Source: a virus. From it: a stretch of DNA of 39,308 nt. The DNA is taken from the IMG/VR virus record IMGVR_UViG_3300045988_099729, positions 1-39,308 of that record. The stretch is one strand, 5' to 3'. Under the pieces are notes generated by a model. It searched no databases. It was not told where the DNA came from and saw only the letters and a program-made list of their open reading frames with translations. Below are positions 15,191 to 23,424 of the stretch, in pieces. The number at the start of each line of letters is the position of its first letter. Position 1 is the first letter of the stretch. The position numbers were made by a program, and so were the translations under genes.

Positions 15191-16084
15191 ATGGAATTAC
15201 GGATCACAAATCCGCAGGAGAATTGGCTTACAGAGCAGATCCTGTGGAACAACGAGGAATTAAAGGCTGCGATTGCCGAGAAGGTAAAGGATTACAAGAC
15301 GATTGCCTACACAGAAGATTCGCTCAAAGATATGAAAGCAGACCGGGCGGATCTGAACAAGTTAAAGAAAGCTTTTGAGGACGAACGGAAACGTGTCAAG
15401 AAGATCTGCATGGAGCCGTATACCAAGTTTGAGCAGCAGGTCAAGGAAATCACAGCTCTGATCGATGAACCGATCGGACTGATTGACTACCAGATTAGAG
15501 AGATTGATGAACGCCGCAAGGCTGCAAAACGGGAAGAGATTGAAGAACTGTTTGCGTCCATCGGATTCCAGAGCTTTGTAAAGCTGGACATGATCTGGGA
15601 TGAAAAGTGGCTGAATGCAACGGTTACGCTGCCAAAGATTGAAGAGCAGATGAAGAGCCGGATGTACCAGATCGGTACGGATGTGGTGACGATCAGCAAG
15701 CTTCCGGAGTTTAAGTTTGAAGCAATGGAAGTTTACCGGAAGACACTGGATATGAACCAGGCAATCCAGGAAGGACAGAGGCTTGCCGATATCCAGAAGA
15801 GAAAGCTGGAAGCAGAACGCATGGAGGCAGAGCGGAAAGCAAGGGAAGCGGAAGAGGCAGCGAAGCAGCAGACTGCAGCTGAACAAAAGGAAGAACTTGC
15901 AGCAGAGAAGGAAACAGCATCCGGATCTGTACCGGAAGCTCCGGCAGAGGAAACAGCTTCAATTCCGGAAGAGGAAGAACCGGTATTCCAGCTTGACTTC
16001 CGTGTATGGGGAACCAGGGGGCAGATTATGGCACTCCGTGAATATATGTTACAGAATCAGATTCGATTCGGAAAGGTGGAATAA
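15191..16084 (+). CDS. DUF1351-like protein of the RecT recombination module (297 aa)
   Basis: AAGGAGGAG RBS and ATG at 15191. Coiled-coil and acidic C-terminal part. It sits between the exonuclease and RecT, as in many Firmicutes phages. Confidence 0.65.
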   Translation: MELRITNPQENWLTEQILWNNEELKAAIAEKVKDYKTIAYTEDSLKDMKADRADLNKLKKAFEDERKRVKKICMEPYTKFEQQVKEITALIDEPIGLIDYQIREIDERRKAAKREEIEELFASIGFQSFVKLDMIWDEKWLNATVTLPKIEEQMKSRMYQIGTDVVTISKLPEFKFEAMEVYRKTLDMNQAIQEGQRLADIQKRKLEAERMEAERKAREAEEAAKQQTAAEQKEELAAEKETASGSVPEAPAEETASIPEEEEPVFQLDFRVWGTRGQIMALREYMLQNQIRFGKVE

Positions 16085-16087
16085 GAC

Positions 16088-16999
16088 ATGGCAGTAAATA
16101 ACAGTCTGGCAAGACAGGATCAGTCAATGAAGTTATCAGTTTATCTGCAGAACGATGCGGTAAAGAAGCAGATCAATCAGGTCGTTGGTGGAAAGAATGG
16201 GACAAGGTTCATTTCCAGTATTGTAAGTGCGGTGCAGAGTACACCGGCGCTGCAGGAGTGTACAAGCCCGAGTATTGTAAACGCTGCATTACTCGGAGAG
16301 GCACTGAATCTTTCACCGTCCCCGCAGCTTGGTCAGTTTTATATGGTCCCGTTCGATAATAAGAAGAAAGGCTGTAAGGAAGCACAGTTCCAGCTTGGGT
16401 ATAAAGGATATATTCAGCTGGCAATCCGTTCCGGTTACTACAAAAAGCTCAATGTGCTTGCAATCAAAGAAGGGGAGCTTGTCCGGTATGATCCTCTGGA
16501 TGAAGAAGTGGAGGTTAATCTGATTGATGATGATATCCTCCGGGAGGAAGCTCCGACCATGGGATACTTCGCAATGTTCGAGTATGAGAATGGTTTCCGG
16601 AAGACTTTGTACTGGTCAAAAAAGAAGATGCTGGCACACGCAGAAAAATATTCCTTTGCATTTTATAAAAACGGTGGGGCAAGATCCCTGGAATTACTGG
16701 AACAGGGCAAGATTCCGGAAAAGGATATGTGGAAGTATTCTTCATTCTGGTTTAAGGATTTTGACGGAATGGCACTGAAAACCATGCTCCGTCAGCTGAT
16801 CAGCAAATGGGGAATCATGAGTATTGATCTCCAGAATGCTATTGACAAGGATATGGCAGTGATCCATGGGGACGGAAAGACAGACTATGTGGATGCAGTG
16901 AAGGCGGAAGATGATGGAGTGGTATCCGATCAGGAGTTACAGGAGGTCCAGGAAGACCAGCCGGATCCGAAGGGTATTGAGGCATCATTTTTTGGATAG
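16088..16999 (+). CDS. recT: RecT-family single-strand annealing protein
   Basis: FISSIVSAVQSTPALQECTSPSIVNAALLGEALNLSPSPQLGQFYMVPF...QFQLGYKGYIQLAIRSG is the canonical RecT core. Confidence 0.9.
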   Translation: MAVNNSLARQDQSMKLSVYLQNDAVKKQINQVVGGKNGTRFISSIVSAVQSTPALQECTSPSIVNAALLGEALNLSPSPQLGQFYMVPFDNKKKGCKEAQFQLGYKGYIQLAIRSGYYKKLNVLAIKEGELVRYDPLDEEVEVNLIDDDILREEAPTMGYFAMFEYENGFRKTLYWSKKKMLAHAEKYSFAFYKNGGARSLELLEQGKIPEKDMWKYSSFWFKDFDGMALKTMLRQLISKWGIMSIDLQNAIDKDMAVIHGDGKTDYVDAVKAEDDGVVSDQELQEVQEDQPDPKGIEASFFG

Positions 17000-17023
17000 A
17001 TTTAAGAAAGGGGAAAAAGAATT

Positions 17024-17479
17024 ATGCAGCACATTAACTTAGAAACATTTGCAAACGGAGCATTTACCGCGCAAGTAAACCGGGCAATCGAAGAGGTCAC
17101 GAAGAACATCCAGGATCCGAACACGGATGCCGGCACAGCGAGAAAGATTACGGTAACGATCGCATTTAAGCCGAATCAGGAAAGAAACTTCATTGCAACC
17201 GGAGTTCAGACGAAGACAACCCTTGCACCGGCACTCGGAGCAGTCACTGCATTGAGCATGGGAAAAGATCTCCGCACCGGCGAAGTGGAAGCAGTCGAGA
17301 TCGGCAACCAGATTCCAGGACAGATGTCTGTACAGGACGTTCCGGGAGTTGTACCAGAAGCAGGAACTACAGTGGTAGATGGAAAAGTAATTGATAAAGC
17401 TACTGGAGAAGTTGTGGCGGATTCAGTTCCGGAACACGCAGGCAAAGTCATTGATTTAAGAACAGCAAAACAGGCATAG
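17024..17479 (+). CDS. Hypothetical phage protein (151 aa)
   Basis: Good RBS. A conserved-looking N-terminus (NLETFANGAFTAQVNRAIEEVTKNIQDPNTDA..ARKITVTIAFKP) that I cannot assign. Confidence 0.6.
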   Translation: MQHINLETFANGAFTAQVNRAIEEVTKNIQDPNTDAGTARKITVTIAFKPNQERNFIATGVQTKTTLAPALGAVTALSMGKDLRTGEVEAVEIGNQIPGQMSVQDVPGVVPEAGTTVVDGKVIDKATGEVVADSVPEHAGKVIDLRTAKQA

Positions 17480-17492
17480 GAGGAGTAAGACG

Positions 17493-18233
17493 ATGGAAGG
17501 ATTAAAAGAAGCAATTGAATTTATCACAAATCTGAAAGAAGGCAGCATGGAGCCGAAGGTGCTTGATATTAACGGTAATACATACTGTAATAAAAATCTT
17601 ACAAGATATCATTATTTCCCGAAGGCAGATTCCCTGAGTGTCAACACCCTGACATCCATTGTGGACTATATCAAGGGGAAACCGGAAGAGCTCCGGGAGA
17701 CCATGATTCTGCATGTAATCAGTCCGACAGAAGTAAGATTGTATTCCGGACTGGTGGACGAACGCAACAGGGAGGAGCTTATGAGGGCAGATGCCATTGT
17801 AAATGAATTCCAGTTTGACCGTTGTTATGACCAAGAACGTTTTCTGATCGAGCTGCAGGCAAACTTCATTGAATCCGATGATCTGACTGTCCTGAAGCAG
17901 GTTGCCGGAAATATCGAGTCAGGAACAACGGCGAATTATGATGATGATGGTGTCAGCCAGAAAACCACGATCAAGAACGGGATTGCAAATAAGACGGATG
18001 TGATCGTACCGAATCTGGTGAAGCTCAGACCGTATCGTACTTTTGCAGAAATCGAGCAGCCACAGAGCAGTTATGTATTCCGGATCCAGGACAGTGACCA
18101 TGGACCATCCTTCAAGCTTGTGGAAGCAGACGGCGGTTTATGGAAGAATGCAACCATGAAGAAAATCAAGGACTATCTGGCATATGAACTGGCGGAGGAA
18201 CTTGAGAAGTACCACATTACGATTATCGCGTAG
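17493..18233 (+). CDS. Hypothetical phage protein (246 aa)
   Basis: GGAGGAG RBS. The ORF lies in the replication/recombination module and has no diagnostic motif. Confidence 0.6.
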   Translation: MEGLKEAIEFITNLKEGSMEPKVLDINGNTYCNKNLTRYHYFPKADSLSVNTLTSIVDYIKGKPEELRETMILHVISPTEVRLYSGLVDERNREELMRADAIVNEFQFDRCYDQERFLIELQANFIESDDLTVLKQVAGNIESGTTANYDDDGVSQKTTIKNGIANKTDVIVPNLVKLRPYRTFAEIEQPQSSYVFRIQDSDHGPSFKLVEADGGLWKNATMKKIKDYLAYELAEELEKYHITIIA

Positions 18234-18344
18234 AAAATAGCATCTCCTTAAAAATAATATATCACACGTAACCTGATAACAAGAAAGCAAGCCGGCATTA
18301 TGCAGCATCTGTTGTGTAAGTGCCGGAAGAAAGGAAAAAAAGGA

Positions 18345-18779
18345 ATGACATCGGTAATGTTTACAGTTCCGGGCAAGCCGCAGGGAAAAGCCAGGGCGCG
18401 GACGTATTATAATGTATCGACAAAGAAGCACTGTTCCACTACGCCGGAGAACACGGTCCTGTATGAGAACTTCATCAAGGATCGGTATCTGCAGATGGCA
18501 AAGGGAGCGTTCCTGGAAAGAGAAAAGCCTGTGACGCTCCGGATTATTGCAAGGTATCTTCCGCCAAAGAGCGTATCGAAGAAACGGAAGCTTGATATGC
18601 TAGAGGGAAGAGAATTGCCGCTGAAGAAACCGGATATGGACAATATTGTGAAGGTGGTAGCAGATGCACTGAACGGGGTTGCTTATCACGATGATACGCA
18701 GATCGCACTGGTTCAGGCAAAGAAATGTTATTCGGCGGTAGAGGGGCTGGATGTGACAGTTGAGGAGTATACCGGATAA
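18345..18779 (+). CDS. rusA: RusA-family Holliday junction resolvase
   Basis: FTVPGKPQGKARAR...KKPDMDNIVKVVADALNGVAYHDDTQI is the RusA signature. ATG at 18345. Confidence 0.85.
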   Translation: MTSVMFTVPGKPQGKARARTYYNVSTKKHCSTTPENTVLYENFIKDRYLQMAKGAFLEREKPVTLRIIARYLPPKSVSKKRKLDMLEGRELPLKKPDMDNIVKVVADALNGVAYHDDTQIALVQAKKCYSAVEGLDVTVEEYTG

Positions 18780-18799
18780 AAAGGAAGGAAATGTAAGAA

Positions 18800-19645
18800 G
18801 TGGCAGGACGACCAAAACAAGGAATTGATTATTCCGGATGGTCGGTTGACATATTCGATGGTGATAAGAAAATAGACAAACTTCTCGATGCAAAAGGATG
18901 GAAGGGATTCGGGATCTACTTCTTTTTGTGTCAGAGGGCATATAAAGTAAATGGATATTTTTATGAATGGGGCTATGACGACTGTGCAACGACAGCAAGG
19001 CGGATGGGCGGCGGCATCAGTTCCGGTACAGTAAAAGAGACTGTGGATTACTGCCTGCAAGTGGATCTTTTTGATAAAGGGTTATTTGACAGGTGGGGGA
19101 TCTTGACCAGTAGAGGTATCCAGCGTCGTTTTTGGGCGGTACTATCCGAGCGGCGGAGTAAAACAGTATATGGTGAGTATTGGCTTTTGAAACCCGAAGA
19201 ATGCAAAGGTCTAGTTAAAGTCAGCTTATTTTCGGATGTGCAACCGACAAATGATGATGTGCAAGGGACAAATGAGGATTCGCTTTATAGAAAGGAAAGT
19301 AAAGTAAAGAAAAGTAATGTATATAAGGGCGCTTTCAGCGATTCTTCCCTTGAATCAGCTTTTCAGTTCTATCTCCTTGTCCGATCACAGAACTGGGGAG
19401 AGATCTCTGAAGAGCAGGTAAATGCTTTGAGAGAGGATCTCCTATCATTGTCCTCTGATCTGGCTGAACAGAAAGCAATCCTGAATAAAGCTGCAGCTGG
19501 TGGATGGAAGAATTTATATCCTGTTCAAAGCAAGAGAAGGCCAAAAACAAAGAAACAGCCAGAGAAACAGGGAAAGTTTAAGAATTTTGAAGAGCGTGAA
19601 TATGAGGACATGACAGATCTTACAAGGAAGTTGATGCAGCGATGA
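18800..19645 (+). CDS. Replisome-organizer-like protein (DUF4373 / Lin1244-type N-terminal domain), GTG start
   Basis: GRPKQGIDYSGWSVDIFDGDKKIDKLLDAKGWKGFGIYFFLCQRAY...WGILTSRGIQRRF is the typical DUF4373 pattern. Confidence 0.75.
   Translation: MAGRPKQGIDYSGWSVDIFDGDKKIDKLLDAKGWKGFGIYFFLCQRAYKVNGYFYEWGYDDCATTARRMGGGISSGTVKETVDYCLQVDLFDKGLFDRWGILTSRGIQRRFWAVLSERRSKTVYGEYWLLKPEECKGLVKVSLFSDVQPTNDDVQGTNEDSLYRKESKVKKSNVYKGAFSDSSLESAFQFYLLVRSQNWGEISEEQVNALREDLLSLSSDLAEQKAILNKAAAGGWKNLYPVQSKRRPKTKKQPEKQGKFKNFEEREYEDMTDLTRKLMQR
19238..19279 (+). repeat. Tandem imperfect 21-bp direct repeat inside the replisome-organizer gene (possible iterons)
   Basis: gtgcaaccgacaaatgatgat followed directly by gtgcaagggacaaatgaggat (17/21 identical). 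Confidence 0.6.
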
Positions 19646-19765
19646 AAAAGAAGAATGGGAAACGGAGTACGTTCCTGAGAACTGGAAGCAGGAAGAAACG
19701 GAAGATTATTAAGCGTGGGAAGTAGTCAAAGATAGTCGAAAAAGATCGAAACAGTACCTTGACAA

Positions 19766-19794
19766 TTGAATATTGATGGTTGGAATGGTATAAT
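19766..19794 (+). promoter_or_regulatory. Sigma-70-like promoter (TTGAAT-17 nt-TATAAT, TGn extended)
   Basis: -35 at 19766..19771 and a perfect -10 at 19789..19794, preceded by tgg. It lies upstream of the zinc-finger mini-gene. Confidence 0.55.
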
Positions 19795-19827
19795 TTCTGT
19801 ATCAAATATGCGAAGGAGGATATCGAT

Positions 19828-20028
19828 ATGGGAACTTGCTTTTGGTGTGAAGGAACCGGGAAATTCAAAAAACCTAGAGATGAAGAAAAATATTCAGAAA
19901 TATTTGACAGGTATGATGCTCCGGGAACGTTATCAATGGGAGAGTGTAGAAAAAGAGCTCTCGAGGAAGTTGGATACGACTTGGTAAAATGCAAGCATTG
20001 CAACGGAACTGGAATTCAAAAAGATTAA
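19828..20028 (+). CDS. 66-aa protein with two DnaJ-type CxxCxGxG zinc-finger motifs
   Basis: GAAGGAGGA RBS and ATG at 19828. Motifs CFWCEGTG and CKHCNGTG. Confidence 0.7.
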   Translation: MGTCFWCEGTGKFKKPRDEEKYSEIFDRYDAPGTLSMGECRKRALEEVGYDLVKCKHCNGTGIQKD

Positions 20029-20039
20029 AATTGTTCTTG

Positions 20040-20072
20040 CCAACCATCAATATTCGGTGGTTGGTATTTTTA
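20040..20072 (+). terminator. Rho-independent terminator after the zinc-finger gene
   Basis: ccaacca/tggttgg stem, 11-nt loop, then tattttta. Confidence 0.65.
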
Positions 20073-20102
20073 TGCCTAAAAATAGGTAGAAAGGTTGAAT
20101 AA

Positions 20103-20441
20103 ATGAGTTGGGCAGATAAGCAGTTAAAGAAACATAAGCTCCGAAAGCAGATTAAAGAGATCATGGATAGTCCGGAGTTTCGAAAGGAACGCCAGAAGGA
20201 ATTGGATAAACATACAGCAGAGGCAATGAAGTGCTTCTTGCTGATCAGTGTAGATTATTTGTACCGGAACTATCATTGCAAGAGAAAGGGAGTTTTGAAA
20301 TATCTGGAATTTGTTTTACACCAGATGCATTTCGCACAGAAGGACGAGGAATATTTTCGGCTGATGAATAAGGAGTTGGAAAGAGAAGTTGGTGTGAATG
20401 TGCCGGGGACGTTGAAAGGAGAGAAAAATGAGAATAGTTAG
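20103..20441 (+). CDS. Hypothetical protein (112 aa)
   Basis: ORF in the co-oriented gene string with no motif. Confidence 0.55.
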   Translation: MSWADKQLKKHKLRKQIKEIMDSPEFRKERQKELDKHTAEAMKCFLLISVDYLYRNYHCKRKGVLKYLEFVLHQMHFAQKDEEYFRLMNKELEREVGVNVPGTLKGEKNENS

Positions 20442-20754
20442 TCAATGTGGCCAGGCGGATTTTCCTTATGAAAGAACATACATCTTATCAGATAGAGAAA
20501 ATGTAAAGGCAGTATATGACGGAAAATCATACGTGATTGGAAGGTATTCTACACACGAAAAAGCTATTAAGGCTATGGAGATGTGTAGAAAACAGTATAT
20601 GGACGGTGAATACAATCGAAATTCACTATCTGGAGTTGCTGAGAGCATTGGACGGTTAAGTGAGGGACTTGCTTCGGTTTTTAAAGAGGGCGTTTGTCAA
20701 ACATTTGTTTTTAAATTTCCGGCAGATGAAGAGGTGCAAGAGTATGGAAAATAA
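20428..20754 (+). CDS. Hypothetical protein (108 aa)
   Basis: AAAGGAGAG RBS. The ORF overlaps the end of the upstream gene. Confidence 0.6.
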   Translation: MRIVSQCGQADFPYERTYILSDRENVKAVYDGKSYVIGRYSTHEKAIKAMEMCRKQYMDGEYNRNSLSGVAESIGRLSEGLASVFKEGVCQTFVFKFPADEEVQEYGK

Positions 20755-21292
20755 GAAATTAAAAGAATATCTGGATGAATTCAAGGATGATGTAGCACTC
20801 CACGTTATTGTCGCAAATCCACAGGACAGAAAAATATATGTACCGTATGAGTTAAATATGATCTGTGATAAGGGACAGAAAGATCCGGTGTTATGTATTG
20901 AAGTTGGGCAACCTCAGGATATGGATGCAGAATTGGTAGAAGCAGCTATGGAAGATGAGAGGGCGGCACAGCCGGAACTTCTAAAACTCAAAAACAATGA
21001 GGAGAGAAAAGAGTTTCTGGCGAAATACCGGGAGTGGCCGGTATGGTTTGAAGTTCCGCAGGCAGAGGAAACTTATTATAGATATATTCTTCCAGATGGA
21101 TCAGCAATCGTTATCTGCGAGTATAAGCATTATAACGAGTGGTGGGAGAACAAATATGTTCCGGGAGAACCAGAAGGAACGCTGACTGTAGAGTATCTGC
21201 TTGAACCGGGATATAAGCATCTGCATAATTGCAAAACAAACCAGACTGCGTTGATCAGAAAGTTGATGGAGGTGCAAAGAAATGGGCAATAG
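20744..21292 (+). CDS. Hypothetical protein (182 aa)
   Basis: ATG at 20744 (ORF 20660..21292 trimmed), overlapping the previous stop. Confidence 0.55.
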   Translation: MENKKLKEYLDEFKDDVALHVIVANPQDRKIYVPYELNMICDKGQKDPVLCIEVGQPQDMDAELVEAAMEDERAAQPELLKLKNNEERKEFLAKYREWPVWFEVPQAEETYYRYILPDGSAIVICEYKHYNEWWENKYVPGEPEGTLTVEYLLEPGYKHLHNCKTNQTALIRKLMEVQRNGQ

Positions 21293-21506
21293 ATGGATTC
21301 CAACAACAGAACGTCTTCCAGATCAACGGGAATTCATAGAATCATATGTCAGAAGTGCATATGCAGCGGAGTTTCTGGTCACGATCGAGGGAGCAGATAA
21401 GGCAACAACATTGTATTATTCCCAGACTGGTGTCTGGTTCGATGAACAGGGAGAGCCATATAAGGTTGCGGCGTGGATGCCGCTTCCGGAAGTGTTCAAA
21501 GGATAG
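21282..21506 (+). CDS. DUF551-like phage protein (74 aa)
   Basis: GGAGGTG RBS. WIPTTERLPD ... W ... PLPE is the typical DUF551 pattern. Confidence 0.6.
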   Translation: MGNRWIPTTERLPDQREFIESYVRSAYAAEFLVTIEGADKATTLYYSQTGVWFDEQGEPYKVAAWMPLPEVFKG

Positions 21507-21517
21507 AAGGTGATAAT

Positions 21518-21718
21518 TTGCAGGAGAAACGAAGCAGAAAAGAGCAGCGGAGGGATAGACAGCAACATTATGAGGAGTTGGAGAGCCGGCATGATGCAAA
21601 GGCGTTGGAGAGATTCCGAAGACCAGCATACCAGAGTGTGAGCGTTGCGGAATATCTGGCGAAGAAGTATGACATTACAGCGGAGGTGGATACCGGTGGA
21701 CAAGGGTATTTTGATTGA
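21518..21718 (+). CDS. Hypothetical basic protein (66 aa, TTG start)
   Basis: GAAGGTG RBS 5 nt before an in-frame TTG. The start is uncertain. Confidence 0.4.
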   Translation: MQEKRSRKEQRRDRQQHYEELESRHDAKALERFRRPAYQSVSVAEYLAKKYDITAEVDTGGQGYFD

Positions 21719-22178
21719 GTACGCGGATATGAAAGAAGAGATTAAGGATCTGCGCCGGAGAATTGAAAAAATCCAGAAAGAATTGGATAAACTGCATGGA
21801 CAAATTGTTGTGGATTCGGTATTATGTGGTAAGAAGGGCAAGAAGCCACTTGGCACGGTGAAGATCACTGGCAGACCGGTTGGTGTGATTTCCAGAAAAG
21901 AACAGCTGCTGAAAAAGCGGAACAGAAGGCTTGAGGAGCTGGAGGAAGAACTTCTAGAAATGACAATCCAGGTGGAAGAGTACATAGAATCCATTGAGAA
22001 GAGTGAACTGCGGATTATCTTTCGGCTGTATTTTCTGGATGATTTATCGTATCCGAAGGTTGCAGATCAGATGAACAAAATGTTCCCGAAACGCCGGATC
22101 CGGTACACGGACGAGAATATCAAGAAAAAAATTCAAAGATATTTTGAAAATGTCCCCCAATGTCCCGATAAAAAGTAG
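21696..22178 (+). CDS. Putative late-gene transcriptional activator (sigma-70 region-4-like, ArpU/RinA class)
   Basis: GGAGGTGG RBS and GTG at 21696. The C-terminal HTH-like stretch (ELRIIFRLYFLDDLSYPKVADQM) follows a coiled coil. It is the last regulator-type gene before the terminase operon. Confidence 0.5.
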   Translation: MDKGILIEYADMKEEIKDLRRRIEKIQKELDKLHGQIVVDSVLCGKKGKKPLGTVKITGRPVGVISRKEQLLKKRNRRLEELEEELLEMTIQVEEYIESIEKSELRIIFRLYFLDDLSYPKVADQMNKMFPKRRIRYTDENIKKKIQRYFENVPQCPDKK

Positions 22179-22190
22179 TAATATGATAAC

Positions 22191-22228
22191 ATCGAAAAAA
22201 CAGAGATGGTTTTCGATACGATCTTTTT
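22191..22228 (+). terminator. Hairpin (atcgaaaa/ttttcgat) followed by a T-run
   Basis: 8-bp stem at 22191..22198/22210..22217, with ttttt at 22224..22228. Confidence 0.4.
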
Positions 22229-22288
22229 CATAAGAGAATTTTTCCTCAGTATTGGAATAGGCGATCTGGTGACAGGTCGTCTTTTTCG

Positions 22289-22317
22289 TTGCGTATTATC
22301 AGGCTATACGATATTAT
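22289..22317 (+). promoter_or_regulatory. Sigma-70-like promoter (TTGCGT-17 nt-TATTAT)
   Basis: -35 at 22289..22294 and -10 at 22312..22317, upstream of the gene at 22346. Confidence 0.4.
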
Positions 22318-22345
22318 AATAAGTATAGAATATGGTGAAAGGGTG

Positions 22346-22588
22346 ATGAAAATGTCAGAATGGTTAAGTGAAGAAGAACAGTATAAAGATACGTTGAATA
22401 ACGAAGAAATCAGCAGGATCAAAGACCCTGAGCTGAGAGAAATAAGGCAAAGACATTGGGCGTATGAGAAAAAGATATATAAAGATAGCTCTATTGCGGA
22501 TTCGGAACTTGACAGATTGGTAAAGATAGATTGGGAGAAAGAGCGAAAAGAGATTTTGGAATACAAGAAAAAGCATAATAAATGTTAG
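22346..22588 (+). CDS. Hypothetical protein (80 aa, charged/helical)
   Basis: GAAAGGGTG RBS and ATG at 22346. Confidence 0.55.
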   Translation: MKMSEWLSEEEQYKDTLNNEEISRIKDPELREIRQRHWAYEKKIYKDSSIADSELDRLVKIDWEKERKEILEYKKKHNKC

Positions 22589-22590
22589 TT

Positions 22591-22616
22591 AAAAGCATCC
22601 TTCGGGGTGCTTTTGT
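22591..22616 (+). terminator. Hairpin with UUCG tetraloop (aaaagcatcc-ttcg-gggtgctttt) separating the early/middle genes from the packaging operon
   Basis: 10-bp stem with one G-U pair. Confidence 0.6.
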
Positions 22617-22653
22617 AATACGGCAAAACAACACGAATGAGAGGTGATGGTAC

Positions 22654-23424
22654 ATGGCGAGAGCACCGGATCCACGAATCGAACAGGCGAAAGCCATGTA
22701 CCTACAGGGCATGAAGTTGGTTGAGATTGCAAACCGGCTAAGTTTGCCAGAAGGAACAGTTCGGCGTTGGAAGTGTACTCATAAATGGGAAAACGAACGC
22801 TCGGATAGGAGCTCGAATAAGAAAACGAACGTTCGGATAAGAAAAAGAGGTGGACAGCCAAAGAATAAAAATGCTGTCGGAAATGGCGGTGGAGCACCTG
22901 AACAGAATAAGAATGCTGAAAAATACGGATTCTTCAGCAAGTATCTCCCGGATGAAACACGGGAGATTTTTTCTGCCATTGAACAGGCTGATCCGCTTGA
23001 TCTGTTGTGGCATCAGATACAGATTGCCTATGCTGCAATCGTTAGAGCGCAGAGAATTGCATATGTTAAAGATCAGGCAGACAAGACCGTTGAGAAGGTC
23101 GAAGAGAAAGACGGGAACGTAATTGGCGAGAAATGGGAAGTACAACAGGCATGGGACAAACAGGAGAACTTCCTGAAGGCGCAGGCAAGAGCACAAGGGG
23201 AGCTCCGGGCAATGATCAAGCAGTATGATGAAATGCTGCATAAAGACTGGGAAGCTGCAAGTGAAGAACAGAAAGCCAGAATTGAACAGATCCGTACAAA
23301 CACCGCCAGAATGAGTGGTGGAAACGGAGATGAGGATGAAGGAGTAGAGATTATCAATGACGCACCAGAAGAAACAGGTCCGGATATCGGAGATCATAAT
23401 TCCGAAGTATCTGCAAATATTTAA
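22654..23424 (+). CDS. terS: Terminase small subunit (YjcR-like HTH type)
   Basis: N-terminal HTH AKAMYLQGMKLVEIANRLSLPEGTVRRWK. A Gly/Asn/Lys-rich linker follows. It lies immediately upstream of the large subunit. Confidence 0.8.
   Translation: MARAPDPRIEQAKAMYLQGMKLVEIANRLSLPEGTVRRWKCTHKWENERSDRSSNKKTNVRIRKRGGQPKNKNAVGNGGGAPEQNKNAEKYGFFSKYLPDETREIFSAIEQADPLDLLWHQIQIAYAAIVRAQRIAYVKDQADKTVEKVEEKDGNVIGEKWEVQQAWDKQENFLKAQARAQGELRAMIKQYDEMLHKDWEAASEEQKARIEQIRTNTARMSGGNGDEDEGVEIINDAPEETGPDIGDHNSEVSANI

Noticed and set aside
19642-19725. A 27-aa highly basic ORF (MKKKNGKRSTFLRTGSRKKRKIIKRGK) overlapping the replisome-organizer stop.
   Set aside because: It is too short and low in complexity to support as a gene from sequence alone. 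I note it only as a possibility.
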